Shown: in pieces, positions 1 through 10,175 of the stretch | Numbering within the stretch: the first letter of the stretch is position 1 | Layout of the letters: each line of letters opens with the position of its first letter | Assembly (NCBI GenBank): GCA_963778955.1 | Contig: CAVZWI010000001.1 | Coordinates: forward strand, 147,980 to 211,979 | Direction of reading: 5' to 3' | Length of the DNA: 64,000 nucleotides | From: an uncultured Chloroflexia bacterium | GTDB taxonomy: Bacteria > Chloroflexota > Limnocylindria > Limnocylindrales > CSP1-4 | Made by a program: the position numbers and the translations under genes | The notes under the pieces: generated by a model | The model's database searches: none | What the model was told of the DNA's origin: nothing | What the model saw: only the letters and a program-made list of their open reading frames with translations

Positions 1-270
1 GCCCATGAGCGCGTTGGCGAGCGTCGGCCCGATGACTTGGAGCGGCGGCGCCGGCGGTGGACCGCCCGCCGGTGCCACGGTGCGCGCCTCGATGACGCCC
101 AGCTCGTCCTCGACCCACAGCGTGAAGACCCACCAGTCGTCCTCCATCACCGACGGCTTGGTCATGCCCAGGCGGACGCGCGGTCCGAGCGCTCCACCAG
201 GTCCGCGCAGTCGAAGCGGTTCGGCGCGTGCGAACGAGGGACCCGGCGATGGCGTGCGCCCGGCGCTCAT
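1..270 (-). CDS. hypothetical protein, N-terminal part (gene runs off the window start)
   Basis: The minus-strand frame is open from the window edge. ATG at 270 (alternative ATG at 165). The translation contains MTKPSVMEDDWWVFTLWVEDELGVIEARTVAPAGG. It is absent from the ORF track because there is no stop in the window. No family recognised. Confidence 0.3.
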   Translation of the reverse strand, partial: MSAGRTPSPGPSFARAEPLRLRGPGGALGPRVRLGMTKPSVMEDDWWVFTLWVEDELGVIEARTVAPAGGPPPAPPLQVIGPTLANALMG

Positions 271-322
271 CGGGTGCGTCGGTCCGCTCGGTCGGCCTCG
301 TCGATGCGATGGCCCGTGGCGA

Positions 323-2125
323 TCATTCCCACTCGATCGTGGCCGGCGGCTTGCTGCTGATGTCGTAGACCACGCGATTGACGCCGGGCACCTCATTGAC
401 GATGCGCGAACTGATCTTGCCCAGTACGTGATAGGGCAGCTTGGCCCAGTCGGCCGTCATGCCGTCTTCACTGGTGACCGCCCGGATGGCGACGACGTTG
501 GCGTAGGTCCGGCCGTCGCCCATGACGCCTACGCTGCGGACCGGGGTGAGGATGGCGAACGACTGCCACACGTTGCGGTATAGGCCGGCCGCCTTGATCT
601 CGTCGATGACGATCCAGTCGGCCTCCCGCAGGGTGTCCAGCCGCTCGCGCGTGACCTCGCCGATGATGCGGATGGCCAAACCCGGACCGGGGAACGGCTG
701 GCGCATGACCATCTGTTCGGGAAGCTCGAGGGCCAGGCCGACCTTGCGAACCTCATCCTTGAAGAGATAGCGCAGTGGCTCGATGAGCTGGAACCGCAGG
801 TCGGACGGCAGACCGCCCACGTTGTGGTGGGTCTTGATCTTCTGCGCTGCCTTGGTCTCCGGAGCGGTCGACTCGATGACATCAGGATAGAGCGTGCCCT
901 GGGTCAGGAAGTCGATACGGCCGAGCTTGGCTGCCTCTTCCTCGAATACACGGATGAACTCGTCGCCGATGATGCGGCGCTTCTCTTCGGGATCCTCGAC
1001 GCTTGCCAGCCGGGCCAGGAAACGCTCCCGCGCATCGACCATCACCAGCTTCATGCCCAGATTGGCCTCGAACGTGTCGCGCAGCAGCTCCGACTCGCGC
1101 TTGCGCATGAGACCGTGATCGACGTAGATGCAGGTCAGGCGGTCACCCACCGCGCGGTGGACCAGGGCCGCTGCGACCGAGGAGTCGACGCCGCCCGACA
1201 GCGCGCAGATGACCTTGCCATCCGAGCCGGTCGCGGCGGCATGGGCATCGACACGCTCGCGGATGCGCTCCACGGTGGACTCGATGAAGTTGGCGCTGGT
1301 CCAGTTCGATTCGGCCCCGGCGATACCGTGCACGAAATTGGCCAGCACGTCCTTGCCGCGCGGCGTGTGCACGACCTCGGGATGGAACTGGATGCCGTAG
1401 AGCCTGCGAACAGGGTCGGCCAAGCCGGCGTAGGGGGTGGAATCGGTCTGCGCGGTGGCCTCGAAGCCGCTGGGCAGCCGGGTGATCGAATCGCCGTGGC
1501 TCATCCACACGGGTTGCTCCGAGCCCAGGCCCGTGAGCAGCGCATCGGCGGCGTCGGTGATGGCGATGGACGCGGGGCCGTACTCGCGATGGTCGCTGGG
1601 CAGCACGTCGCCACCCAGCTCCAGCGCCATCAGTTGTGCGCCGTAGCAGATGCCCAGCACTGGGATGCGACCCGACCATATGGCAGGATCGGGCCGAGGC
1701 GCGCCCTCGTCGTAGACGGACATGGGGCCGCCACTGAGGATCACGCCCTTGACCTCGCGACGTTCGAGTTCTGCCAGCGGCGTGTCGAACGGGAGCAGCT
1801 CCGCGTACACGTCAAGCTCGCGCACACGGCGGGCGATGAGCTGGGCGAACTGGCTGCCGAAGTCGAGCACCACGACGCTGTCGGGCGGCTCCGGCGGACG
1901 GCTGATGGTGGGACGATCGTCCTCCGGCGGGCGCTGCGGGGCGGGGGCGTCGAGGGCGACCTCCAGGTAGGCCTCCACCTCGGCGTCATCAGACGTGAGG
2001 ACGCGGTGACCCGCGTTGGCTTCCTCGCCGTGGACGGTCTTGCCGCGCTCCTTCCTGGGCGCTGCCGTGGTCTCGCCGGGCGCGTCTGTCATGCACTCCT
2101 CGTCTCTTGGCCTGGGTCCTGTCAC
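323..2125 (-). CDS. guaA: GMP synthase (glutamine-hydrolysing)
   Basis: 600-aa ORF. GATase-1 part ([27 protein letters not shown]), ATP-pyrophosphatase motif SGGVDSS, and a typical C-terminus ending KPPATIEWE. There is an acidic/Pro-rich N-terminal extension of about 85 aa. Alternative ATG at 2092. Confidence 0.95.
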   Translation of the reverse strand: MTGPRPRDEECMTDAPGETTAAPRKERGKTVHGEEANAGHRVLTSDDAEVEAYLEVALDAPAPQRPPEDDRPTISRPPEPPDSVVVLDFGSQFAQLIARRVRELDVYAELLPFDTPLAELERREVKGVILSGGPMSVYDEGAPRPDPAIWSGRIPVLGICYGAQLMALELGGDVLPSDHREYGPASIAITDAADALLTGLGSEQPVWMSHGDSITRLPSGFEATAQTDSTPYAGLADPVRRLYGIQFHPEVVHTPRGKDVLANFVHGIAGAESNWTSANFIESTVERIRERVDAHAAATGSDGKVICALSGGVDSSVAAALVHRAVGDRLTCIYVDHGLMRKRESELLRDTFEANLGMKLVMVDARERFLARLASVEDPEEKRRIIGDEFIRVFEEEAAKLGRIDFLTQGTLYPDVIESTAPETKAAQKIKTHHNVGGLPSDLRFQLIEPLRYLFKDEVRKVGLALELPEQMVMRQPFPGPGLAIRIIGEVTRERLDTLREADWIVIDEIKAAGLYRNVWQSFAILTPVRSVGVMGDGRTYANVVAIRAVTSEDGMTADWAKLPYHVLGKISSRIVNEVPGVNRVVYDISSKPPATIEWE

Positions 2126-2193
2126 TGACGTCCTGTCGCTGAGCCGAGTCTATCGGAGCCTTGAGGCCGCCGGACGTGGGCGAGGCGGGGCTG

Positions 2194-2317
2194 GTGTCGG
2201 CCTCGTGCGGATTCGGCCGTGTCGGCCGTGTCGGCCGTGTCGGCCCAACGGCCGTGTCGGCCTCGTGCGGATTCGGCCGTGTCGGCCGTGTCGGCCCAAC
2301 GGCCGTGTCGGCCCAAC
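2194..2317. repeat. tandem repeat: units of 60 and 51 bp plus a partial third, built from 9-bp CGGCCGTGT sub-repeats
   Basis: GTGTCGGCCTCGTGCGGATTCGGCCGTGTCGGCC... restarts at 2194 and 2254. A truncated copy starts at 2305. Confidence 0.85.
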
Positions 2318-2323
2318 TTGCAC

Positions 2324-2545
2324 GAATCCCACATAGAGCGAACGCAACCACCCGATCGGAGGCAGTCGGCGAGGCGGTCGAGCTGATGGCACCCGGTGAG
2401 CATGCCGGATCATGCCCTCGGGGGCATGGAAGCGGCCACCTCTGAGCGGCGCATCAACAGCGATGGCTGCATTGCGGGCGTGGCGCGCTGGGCCACGAGA
2501 CGCGGCGGCCCAGCGCGCCGATCTTGTTCGCTCTATGTGGGATTC
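2324..2545. repeat. perfect 20-bp inverted repeat pair enclosing 182 bp
   Basis: GAATCCCACATAGAGCGAAC at 2324-2343 is the exact reverse complement of GTTCGCTCTATGTGGGATTC at 2526-2545. I saw no flanking target-site duplication. Confidence 0.9.
2482..2519. other. GC-rich stem-loop (13-bp perfect stem, 12-nt loop)
   Basis: GGCGCGCTGGGCC (2482-2494) pairs with GGCCCAGCGCGCC (2507-2519). It lies about 60 nt downstream of the stop of the minus-strand gene at 2581 and has no clear U-tract. Confidence 0.8.
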
Positions 2546-2580
2546 CGGACAGATGGACGAGCATCTCGGGGCGCAGCGAA

Positions 2581-3446
2581 CTAGGTCCCAGCCGATGGCG
2601 GCCCGCCGGACCCCTGCGCGGCCGCCCGTGCCGCTGCCTCCGCGTAGCCGCGAACTCTCGGCTTGACCCCCGCGAGCGCTGCGTCGAGCCCGACGAGTGC
2701 CTTCTGCCTACCCGCCGCGAACGGATCCAGCAACATCAGCGTTCGCACCGACCCGGAAGGCGGCGGCTGACCATGGAGCCACGCAAGCAGCGCGTTGGGA
2801 GGGTCAGGGCACAGTGCCCGGAAGGTCGCGCTTCGGAGCCGGATGGCGTGGAGCACCTCAGCCGACCACAGGGCGATGATCGCGTGGCACTGCGACCTGA
2901 ACGGAGGATCTCCATCTGTCGCGCCAGGACCGGGGCCAGGTACTGGCACTTGGCGTTGAAACTGCCCGCAGCCTCCTGGATATCAGGGAAGAGGGTGCGG
3001 TTCTCGATGTGAAGCAAAGCCCGTGCGGAAGCCGACCATGCCAAGACGTCTGCTCGGCCGGCGAACTGGTAGTGCTGGTAGGGATGGTCGATGGCCACTC
3101 GATAGTCGTGCGGCGAGAGCCGACGCGCCTCGAACTCGCCCATCGCCGCATGCACCAGGTCGACGTCCCGGCGCCCGTGAGTGCGCCGCCGATCACCGAT
3201 CACGAGATCCAACGACAGGCCGAGGGCGGTCGTCGTTCGTGCGTAGACATCGAGCGAGACCCGCCGGCCCGCCTCGACGGCATCGACCGAGGCGGGCGAG
3301 AGGCGAGCACGGCGGGCCAACTCGCGCGTCGTCATCGCGCGGCGACGGCGCTCTTCGCGGACCGCCGAGCCGATGCTGGTGGCCAACCGGTTGGCGAGTG
3401 CTGTGGCTGCGGGCGTGGGCGGCGCGGTCGCGCGTCTAGGGGACAT
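2581..3446 (-). CDS. XRE-family helix-turn-helix protein with uncharacterised C-terminal domain (frame break near 2907-2910)
   Basis: N-terminal HTH (MTTRELARRARLSPASVDAVEAGRR). ORF 2736..3446 reads plausibly up to ...YLAPVLARQME. Protein-like sequence then continues in ORF 2581..2949 (PPFRSQCHAIIALWSAEVLHAIRL...). One missing nucleotide at GAGATCC joins the two. Confidence 0.6.
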
Positions 3447-3508
3447 CGTCCGCGTATCGAAGCAGAGGCCACTTATCTGCGACTTGTGCCACTTGGCCGC
3501 GAGTGGTT

Positions 3509-4672
3509 TCAGCCGCGGTCGCGCCGCCAGATCTCGACCAGGCGGTCAAGGGGGAGCCGGTGGGCGACGTGGCCGCTCTGGCCGCTCATCGTCTGGGCCG
3601 CTATGAGGGCATTCACGATGGCCTCCTCGGTGGACTCGATGGCCGCCCAGAAGAGCGGACTGATCCAGGTGTCATCAAGCACGCGCACTTCCCGAGTGAA
3701 GGGTCGGCCGGCCGTCTCGTCGGCTGCCACCAGACCGCGGTTGCCGGTGGCGAAGGCGATGAACAGGTCGCCGCTGGAATGCTCCCCTGCCCCGCCGGTC
3801 CGGGCCACGCCAAGGCCGGCGCGTTGGGCCAGTCGCTCACACTGGTGCGGCAGCAGCGGCGCATCGGTGGCAAGCACGACGATGATCGATCCCGAATCGG
3901 GGCCGGCGGAGCTGGCGGCGTCCTGGCGGTCGGAGTCGGCCGAGCCCGGGGCCACGTCATCGCGGTCGGAGGGCACTTCGTCGAAGCCGATCTCACGCCC
4001 GACCTGGACCCCGTCGATGGCCAGGCGTTCGCGGCGTCCGTAGTTGGCTTGCACCAGCGCCCCCACCGTGAAGCCGCCCTCAGCGTCAGGCAGGCGACGC
4101 GAAGCGGTGCCGATGCCACCCTTGAAGCGGTGGCAGATCATGCCGGTCCCGCCGCCCACGTTGCCCTCGGCCACCGCTCCCCCGTCGGCCGAGGCAAGCG
4201 CCGCATCCAGGTGCTCCGCGCGAACGTGCTGGCCGTCGATGTCATTGAGCCAGCCGTCCCACGTCTCGCCGACCACCGGCAGTGACCAGGCCGAGTCGGC
4301 ATGCGTCGCGCTCCGAGTCGCGGCAGCCACGATGGCGTCACGCACCACCCCCACCGAATGCGTGTTGGTGATGCCGATAGGCCCGGCCAGCAACCCCGCC
4401 TCGCGGATCCACTCCAGGCCGGTGAGTTCGCCGTTGCCGTTGAGCCGGTGCGCACCCGCATAGACGGACTCGGCGAAGGGATCACCCTCGGTGGGTACCA
4501 CCACGGTGAGACCGGTGCGGACCGGCCCCCGCCCGACCACGCGCGGACCAGCCGCGCCCGAGATGAGCGTGGTGTGCCCGACGCGGACGCCGGCCACATC
4601 GGTGATGGCGTTGAGTGGCCCGGGTGTCATCAGCCCGATGGTGATACCGAGATCACGAGCGCGTGTCGTCAT
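3509..4672 (-). CDS. P1/S58 family peptidase (DmpA-like L-aminopeptidase/D-esterase)
   Basis: 387-aa ORF. The N-terminus LGITIGLMTPGPLNAITDVAGVRVGHTT and the GxTN/GGTG-type segments are typical of DmpA/ornithine acetyltransferase-fold peptidases. Confidence 0.85.
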   Translation of the reverse strand: MTTRARDLGITIGLMTPGPLNAITDVAGVRVGHTTLISGAAGPRVVGRGPVRTGLTVVVPTEGDPFAESVYAGAHRLNGNGELTGLEWIREAGLLAGPIGITNTHSVGVVRDAIVAAATRSATHADSAWSLPVVGETWDGWLNDIDGQHVRAEHLDAALASADGGAVAEGNVGGGTGMICHRFKGGIGTASRRLPDAEGGFTVGALVQANYGRRERLAIDGVQVGREIGFDEVPSDRDDVAPGSADSDRQDAASSAGPDSGSIIVVLATDAPLLPHQCERLAQRAGLGVARTGGAGEHSSGDLFIAFATGNRGLVAADETAGRPFTREVRVLDDTWISPLFWAAIESTEEAIVNALIAAQTMSGQSGHVAHRLPLDRLVEIWRRDRG

Positions 4673-4688
4673 CGACGCTGGCGCACCG

Positions 4689-5954
4689 CTATCGCAGGCG
4701 AGTGGTGAAGATGTTTCGTGGTGTGCCGTCGAGCTGGCCCGACTGGACCGCGATGGTGAGACTCTTGCCGTTGGCGGCCACGTTCGGCGCCATGCGCAGC
4801 AGCGACTGCCGCTTCGCGACGGTCCTGGGGCGATTCCACGAGCGTCCGTCGTCCGGACTGAACCGCGACACGACCATGGTGCTGATAAGGCGCCGGTTCT
4901 TGATGCGTTCGTCGATGTAGGTCATGAACGCCTTCTTGTTCGGCAGCAAGGTGATGTCGGCTGCGCTCAGGCTGTGCCCCTTGGCGGGCTTGAGCAAACG
5001 GTCGCGCCAGGCCTTCCCGTTGCGGCCGGAACGCGCCACGATGACCCCGCCAGTGGGTGATTGAACCGTGGCCACCACGGTCTTGCCGCGCGAGTCGAGC
5101 TCCGGCCAACCGTAGTTGAGACGCTTGGTGATGGTGCGTCGGGATCCCCAGGACTTGCCCCGGTCGAGCGAGCTTCGGACCTTGATGCCCTTCGCCAGGC
5201 ACTGCCGTGTGGGGGCATGTGACCAGGCCACGTGGACGGCACGATCGTTGATGGCCAGACCCACCAGCCCGTCGGTCAGACGCTTCTGGCAGTCGATCGA
5301 CAGGCTCGTCTGACCCAGCGTGCGTGCCGCCTGGAACGTGCGTCCATCGTCGCGGCTGGTCCGGATCTTGATCTTGCCGTTGGCACGATTGGTCCAGGCG
5401 ACCGCGACCACATCGTCCCCAACCGCGACGGCCGGCACACCGACGCCGTGGCTCCTGGAGGTCGAGAAGATCTCGCGCTTGCCGGCGAACGAACTGCCAC
5501 CGTCACGGCTGACCCGCACGAACAGGGCGTTGCCGGCCGGTCCGTTCACGCGCCACGCGACAGCGACCATGTTGTCCTTGGCGGCGATGGCCAGGTTGGG
5601 GATGACGTTGCGGCGCTGCAGGGATGCCGAGAACAACGTGCGCTCCTTCGTCCACGAGGCGCCGTCGTTCGTCGAACGCTGATAGACGACTCGGTCGTCG
5701 ATGGCGCTGGGACCGATGCGTGGGTGGACCAGGTGCAGCTTGCCGCGATCAGCCGCCAGTTGATGCAGCGAATCGAGGCGCGAGCCACCGTTGGCGCTGA
5801 CTCGGCTCAAGGGAGTCCAGTCGGCGCCGAGCACGAGGGTCGGGAGCAGGAACAGGGCAAGCACGGCGGCAGCGAAACCAGTGAGTGGCGCACGACTGCC
5901 GACCCCGCGGTCCAAGGTCGTCACGGCCACATTGTCGCCGGTGCGCCCGAGCAC
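4689..5954 (-). CDS. BNR/Asp-box repeat (sialidase-fold) exported protein
   Basis: Hydrophobic N-terminal segment, then five Asp-boxes: [32 protein letters not shown] and SPDDGRSW. Confidence 0.8.
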   Translation of the reverse strand: MLGRTGDNVAVTTLDRGVGSRAPLTGFAAAVLALFLLPTLVLGADWTPLSRVSANGGSRLDSLHQLAADRGKLHLVHPRIGPSAIDDRVVYQRSTNDGASWTKERTLFSASLQRRNVIPNLAIAAKDNMVAVAWRVNGPAGNALFVRVSRDGGSSFAGKREIFSTSRSHGVGVPAVAVGDDVVAVAWTNRANGKIKIRTSRDDGRTFQAARTLGQTSLSIDCQKRLTDGLVGLAINDRAVHVAWSHAPTRQCLAKGIKVRSSLDRGKSWGSRRTITKRLNYGWPELDSRGKTVVATVQSPTGGVIVARSGRNGKAWRDRLLKPAKGHSLSAADITLLPNKKAFMTYIDERIKNRRLISTMVVSRFSPDDGRSWNRPRTVAKRQSLLRMAPNVAANGKSLTIAVQSGQLDGTPRNIFTTRLR

Positions 5955-5994
5955 CGGGAATGGCCACAGGGTACGTGCGTACGCATGTGACTTT

Positions 5995-6303
5995 CAGCGG
6001 TCGTGCAGACGATGACGATGTCGAAGAAGACGCCCAGCTCGGCTTCCTATGCTGCCACCTCGCGCACCCCGTTGGCGAAGCCCATGCCGCCGAGCGGATG
6101 GTCGGAAGCCCCGGCCGGGATCGCGTACGGCACCCCGCCGGCCGGCTCCACTGACTCCAGCGCAACGCGATGCCGGAGTTGCAGTCCTCGCGCTTGGCCC
6201 AGATCCCGACCTCGCCACCGAGCGCCTCGGAGAGACGCGGCAGCCGATGGATGGGAGACAGGCCGAAGAGCAGGGGCAGGCGGGGATAGTCGTCGAGGTT
6301 CAT
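5995..6303 (-). pseudogene. relic of ACC deaminase / D-cysteine desulfhydrase family gene
   Basis: From ATG at 6303 the translation is [46 protein letters not shown], which matches the family N-terminus. It then jumps to another frame reading [53 protein letters not shown]. About 100 residues are missing, there is an in-frame TAG, and there is no C-terminal half. Confidence 0.7.
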
Positions 6304-6349
6304 CGTTCTCCCCGTTCTGGTGAACGGCCGGCCGTTCAGCGTGATCGGC

Positions 6350-7558
6350 TCAGCGGCGCTGTTGCCAGGACTTGCCCTCGACAGCGACCGAGGGGGCGTA
6401 GACGATCTCGACCTGCTGCATGGCGCGGATGTCCGGCGCGCCCAAGGCCGCCATCGACTGACGCAGCGCACCCACCAGGTTCTCCGTGCCATCGGTAACG
6501 CGCGAGGGGCCGAAGAGGATGCGCTCCATCGGCCCGACGGTGCCCACTTGGATGCGAGTGCCGCGCGGCAGCGTGGGCGACGGGGCGGCCATACCCCAGT
6601 TTGTGCCGTGGCCGGGTGCCTCTTCCGCCCGCGCCAGGGGTGAGCCGAGCATCAGCGCATCGGCGCCGGCAGCGATGGCCTTGGCCATCTCGCCACCACG
6701 TCGCATACCGCCATCGCCGATGACCGGCACGTAGCGGCCGGTCCGCACCAGGTGCTCCTCGCGCGCCGCGGCGACGTCCGCGATGGCCGACACCTGCGGC
6801 ACACCGATACCCAGGACCTCCCGCGTGGTGCACGCCGCACCCGGACCCACACCCACGAAGATGGCCGCGATGCCCTGCTCCATCAGCGCCGCGGCGGCCT
6901 CGTACGAGGTCGTGTTGCCGACCGCCACGGGGATGCCCATGAGGCGTGTGAACTCAGCCAGCTCCAGCGGTTCATAGCCACTGGCGAGGTGCTGTGGCGA
7001 GGAGACCTGTGACTGCACCAGGAAGACGTCTGCGCCGAGCTCGGCGCAGATCGGCCCCCACTGGCGTGCCGCGGCCGGCGTGGCGGAGATGACCGCGGGT
7101 GAACCGGCCGCGTGCAGCTCGCGGATGCGTTGCGCGACGAGCTCCTGTGAGATCGGCGGTTCGTACGCGGCCGAGAGGACCTCCTGGACCTCATCCGCAG
7201 CCGCCGTGGCGATGTGGCGAAGCACGGTCGCGGGGTCCTCGTAGCGCGCCTGCACACCCTCGAGGTTCATCACGGCAAGACCGCCCAGCCCGGCCAGGAT
7301 GCCGGCGCAGCGGACATCGACGACCGCGTCCATCGAAGCCGCCAGCACCGGGATGCCCAGTGGCAGGCCGGCGAACTCGACCGAGAGGTCGACATCGTCG
7401 GGCTCGACCGTGCGTGTGCCGGGCGCCAGCGAGACGTCGTCGAACCCGTAGGCGTGGCGGAGGTTCGCGACCTTGGAGGCTCGGCGGCCCGGAGCGGAGG
7501 TGATAGCGGGGGCGGTCTCGTTGACCTGGTCCTGTGTACTGCCGCCCCTGATGGTCAC
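6350..7558 (-). CDS. IMP dehydrogenase family protein (GuaB3-like, no CBS pair)
   Basis: C-terminal part of ORF 6350..8395, with motifs [34 protein letters not shown] and [17 protein letters not shown] take the GTG at 7558 as start. The rest of the 681-aa ORF is antisense to the next gene. Confidence 0.85.
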   Translation of the reverse strand: MTIRGGSTQDQVNETAPAITSAPGRRASKVANLRHAYGFDDVSLAPGTRTVEPDDVDLSVEFAGLPLGIPVLAASMDAVVDVRCAGILAGLGGLAVMNLEGVQARYEDPATVLRHIATAAADEVQEVLSAAYEPPISQELVAQRIRELHAAGSPAVISATPAAARQWGPICAELGADVFLVQSQVSSPQHLASGYEPLELAEFTRLMGIPVAVGNTTSYEAAAALMEQGIAAIFVGVGPGAACTTREVLGIGVPQVSAIADVAAAREEHLVRTGRYVPVIGDGGMRRGGEMAKAIAAGADALMLGSPLARAEEAPGHGTNWGMAAPSPTLPRGTRIQVGTVGPMERILFGPSRVTDGTENLVGALRQSMAALGAPDIRAMQQVEIVYAPSVAVEGKSWQQRR

Positions 7559-7609
7559 GATCGATGGACTCCTCCTGCACGGCACCCGCGGTGGCGGCAG
7601 TATACCGAG

Positions 7610-8644
7610 GTGACCACCTTCCAGAACGAGCCCGCCCAGGTGACGCTGGCCGATGTCCAGGCTGCGGCCGATGTCCTGACCGGCGTGGCCCTGCGTACGC
7701 CGCTGCTGGCCTTCGGGCCTATCGACGACGACATCGGTGCGCCGCGTGTCTGGCTCAAGCCCGAGAACCTGCAGCCCATCGGCGCCTTCAAGATCCGCGG
7801 TGCCTATAACGCCCTCGCCTCGCTGTCGGCCGAAGAGCGGGCGCGCGGCGTGGTCACCCACTCCAGCGGCAACCATGCCCAGGGCATCGCCCGGGCCGCC
7901 CGCATGCTGGGGATGCACGCGGTCATCGTGATGCCCAGCGATGCCCCAGCCATCAAGGTCGCCGGCGTCCTCGCCGACGGTGCCGAGATCGACTTCGTCG
8001 GGTCGGACAACGAAGAGCGCATCCGACGCGCCGATGCGCTGGCGGCCGAACGAGACCTGGTGCTCATCCCCTCCTTCGATGACGCTCGCATCGTGGCCGG
8101 CCAGGGCACCATCGGGTTGGAGATCGTGGAGCAGCTTGCCGAGATGGGGCGGGCCAACGAACCGCTGACGGTGCTGGTGCCCATCGGTGGTGGTGGCCTT
8201 TCGTCGGGCGTCTGCGTGGCCGTCAAGGGTCTGCGGCCGGACGCCACGGTCATCGGTGTGGAGCCGGAACTGGCTGCCGATGCTGCCGAGTCCATCCGTG
8301 AGGACCGCATCGTGCGCTGGGCACCGGAACTCACCGGCCGCACCATCGCCGACGGCGTCCGAACCAGCGCGCTCGGCCGCATCCCCTTCTCCCACCTGCG
8401 GCGGCTCATCGACGACGTGGTCACCGTCAGCGAGGACGACATCAGACGCGCCATGGCGGAGGCCGCCACTCGAGCGCGCATCGTAGCCGAGCCATCCGGC
8501 GCGGTCTCGATCGCGGCGTGGCTGCGCTACGGCGACGAGCTACCTAACGCCGACGCCGCCGACACCGTCATGATCGTCAGCGGCGGCAACGTGGATCCGG
8601 GGGTGTATCAGTCACTGCTGGCCGAGGCCGCCACGCTCGGCTGA
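7610..8644 (+). CDS. PLP-dependent threonine/serine dehydratase family protein
   Basis: Motifs ENLQPIGAFKIRGAYN (PLP lysine) and HSSGNHAQGIA. In-frame GTG at 7610. The upstream part of ORF 7214..8644 overlaps the divergent gene and is discounted. Confidence 0.85.
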   Translation: MTTFQNEPAQVTLADVQAAADVLTGVALRTPLLAFGPIDDDIGAPRVWLKPENLQPIGAFKIRGAYNALASLSAEERARGVVTHSSGNHAQGIARAARMLGMHAVIVMPSDAPAIKVAGVLADGAEIDFVGSDNEERIRRADALAAERDLVLIPSFDDARIVAGQGTIGLEIVEQLAEMGRANEPLTVLVPIGGGGLSSGVCVAVKGLRPDATVIGVEPELAADAAESIREDRIVRWAPELTGRTIADGVRTSALGRIPFSHLRRLIDDVVTVSEDDIRRAMAEAATRARIVAEPSGAVSIAAWLRYGDELPNADAADTVMIVSGGNVDPGVYQSLLAEAATLG

Positions 8645-8749
8645 CTCTGGCCTGCCAGGATCCAAAAGCGGTGCGCGGACGCGCCACCGGGACGGTGGTG
8701 GACTTCGACGACCGGGGGCGAAGTGGACGCTGCGACTATCATCGCCAGC

Positions 8750-9811
8750 ATGTCCGAGCGACCCGTGCCCTTCAGCCTTCTTGACGCCGCCAGAGTGGTG
8801 GCTCGCGGAGGCACCTTCGAAAGCAAGCTGGCCGCTCTGTCAGCCCAGGCCCAGACCGTCACCGACGCGGATGCCGTCGGCATCCTGCTGCGGGACCCGG
8901 ATGCTGATGTGCTGCTCTCACTCGACGGAGAGTTGGCGCTGCCGATCAGTGCTGCCGGCTCACACATCACCGAGGCCGTGTCCGACCGTCAAACGGTACT
9001 GGCCGAGGGCGTGCCCAAGGCGCTCGCGGCGATCCTGCCCGGCGCACGCTCGTGCCTCTTGACGCCGCTACTCATCGAGGACGAGGACGGGACCTTCGTC
9101 GAGGGTCTGCTGGCGGTGGGATGGACCGCGCCGAAGACACCCATCGAGGACGCGCCGGACGCCATCCTCGCCATCGCCGACCTGGCCGCGGTCACCGTCC
9201 GCCAGGCGCGGTTGCGCAACTCAGCCTGGGAGTCCTCCGATCACGCCGACCGCCTCTCCCACACCGATCGGCTCACCGGTCTCGCCAATCGCGTCACCTT
9301 CGAGCGCATGCTGGAGTTGGAGATCGCCCGTGCCACGCGCCAGGGATCACCGCTGGCGGTGGCCGTGCTCGACGTGGACGGCCTGACGGATATCGGAGAG
9401 CGCAAGGGCGCGCGAGTGGCCGATGAGGTGCTGCGCCACGTAGCCAGCGCCATCGCCGACCGTGTCCGCCTGCTGGACACCGTGGCTCGCTTCGGCGAGG
9501 ACGAGTTCGTGGTAATCGCACCCGGTGATGCCGGCGGACTGGTGGCGCTGCGACTGCGCGACGCCATCGCCGACCTGCCACCCATCGGTGACACAGCGAT
9601 CTCCGTCAGCGCTGCCGTCGTGCACCATCCTGCCGACGGCGCCACCGGCGCGGAGTTGGTGGCGGCATCGGAGGCCGCCCTGGCCGAGGCCAAGGCGAAC
9701 GGCCCCGGGACGATCTTGGCGTGCATGAGGCGCACGCGTAGGTCAGCTGGCCGTTGCCCAAGTCGGCTGGCCGCTGCCCAGCGCAGGTGGACGTGCGGCC
9801 CAGTCAGATAG
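8750..9811 (+). CDS. GGDEF-domain protein with degenerate GEDEF signature and N-terminal sensory (GAF-like) region
   Basis: Contains DRLTGLANRVTFERML, RLLDTVARFGEDEFVVIAPG and EAKANGPG. ATG at 8750 (alternative GTG at 8723). Confidence 0.75.
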   Translation: MSERPVPFSLLDAARVVARGGTFESKLAALSAQAQTVTDADAVGILLRDPDADVLLSLDGELALPISAAGSHITEAVSDRQTVLAEGVPKALAAILPGARSCLLTPLLIEDEDGTFVEGLLAVGWTAPKTPIEDAPDAILAIADLAAVTVRQARLRNSAWESSDHADRLSHTDRLTGLANRVTFERMLELEIARATRQGSPLAVAVLDVDGLTDIGERKGARVADEVLRHVASAIADRVRLLDTVARFGEDEFVVIAPGDAGGLVALRLRDAIADLPPIGDTAISVSAAVVHHPADGATGAELVAASEAALAEAKANGPGTILACMRRTRRSAGRCPSRLAAAQRRWTCGPVR

Positions 9812-9879
9812 CGAACGACGGGCGGTCATCCTGATTGGGGATATTCGAAGGGACTCTTGGGGCTCGGGAGCATCGGGTC

Positions 9880-10052
9880 CGCCTGGGTCAAGCCATGCGG
9901 CCCTTGACCCTCTGACCGGGTCGCCGGCCCAGGCGCGTGCCCACCACACCGCGACGGTCCTGCCCGACGGTCGCGTCCTCGTGGTCGGGGGCGATGATGG
10001 CGACGACGGCTTCTTCGCCTCAGCGGAATTCCGGGAGCCCGCCGACCGATAA
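9880..10052 (+). pseudogene. single Kelch-blade fragment
   Basis: A frame ending at TAA 10050-10052 reads ...ALDPLTGSPAQARAHHTATVLPDGRVLVVGGDDGDDGFFASAEFREP, one Kelch-type blade. There is no start codon and no further blades. Confidence 0.3.
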
Positions 10053-10175
10053 GAGAGGGCCACATCGGGTCTGGTCGAGTATTCGAAGTCGCATCGAGCG
10101 GCTGGCCGCCGCTTGGTCGCGCCGTCGTAACGGATGCACCGATATACCGGTCGCTGGCAGCGAGAGACCTGCTAC

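Noticed and set aside
1870-2125. N-terminal extension of GuaA (about 85 aa) as a separate domain or gene
   Set aside because: It is an acidic/Pro-rich low-complexity sequence with no motif. It may simply reflect a later true start (ATG 2092 or further downstream), which I cannot decide from sequence alone.
824-2128. Long antisense ORFs opposite guaA. Similar cases are 19521..20612, 22789..23730, 23902..25482, 29076..30119, 59773..61323 and 32461..33630.
   Set aside because: These are Arg/Gly/Ala/Asp-rich shadow ORFs opposite genes with clear family motifs. They show no motifs of their own.
2194-2317. Possible CRISPR array, from the regular short repeats
   Set aside because: The units are directly abutting tandem repeats with no unique spacers. 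The sub-repeat is only 9 bp. There are no cas genes.
6350-8395. 681-aa ORF taken at face value
   Set aside because: Only the C-terminal 400 or so residues are IMPDH-family. The N-terminal part is the antisense shadow of the dehydratase gene, which is usual in high-GC DNA.
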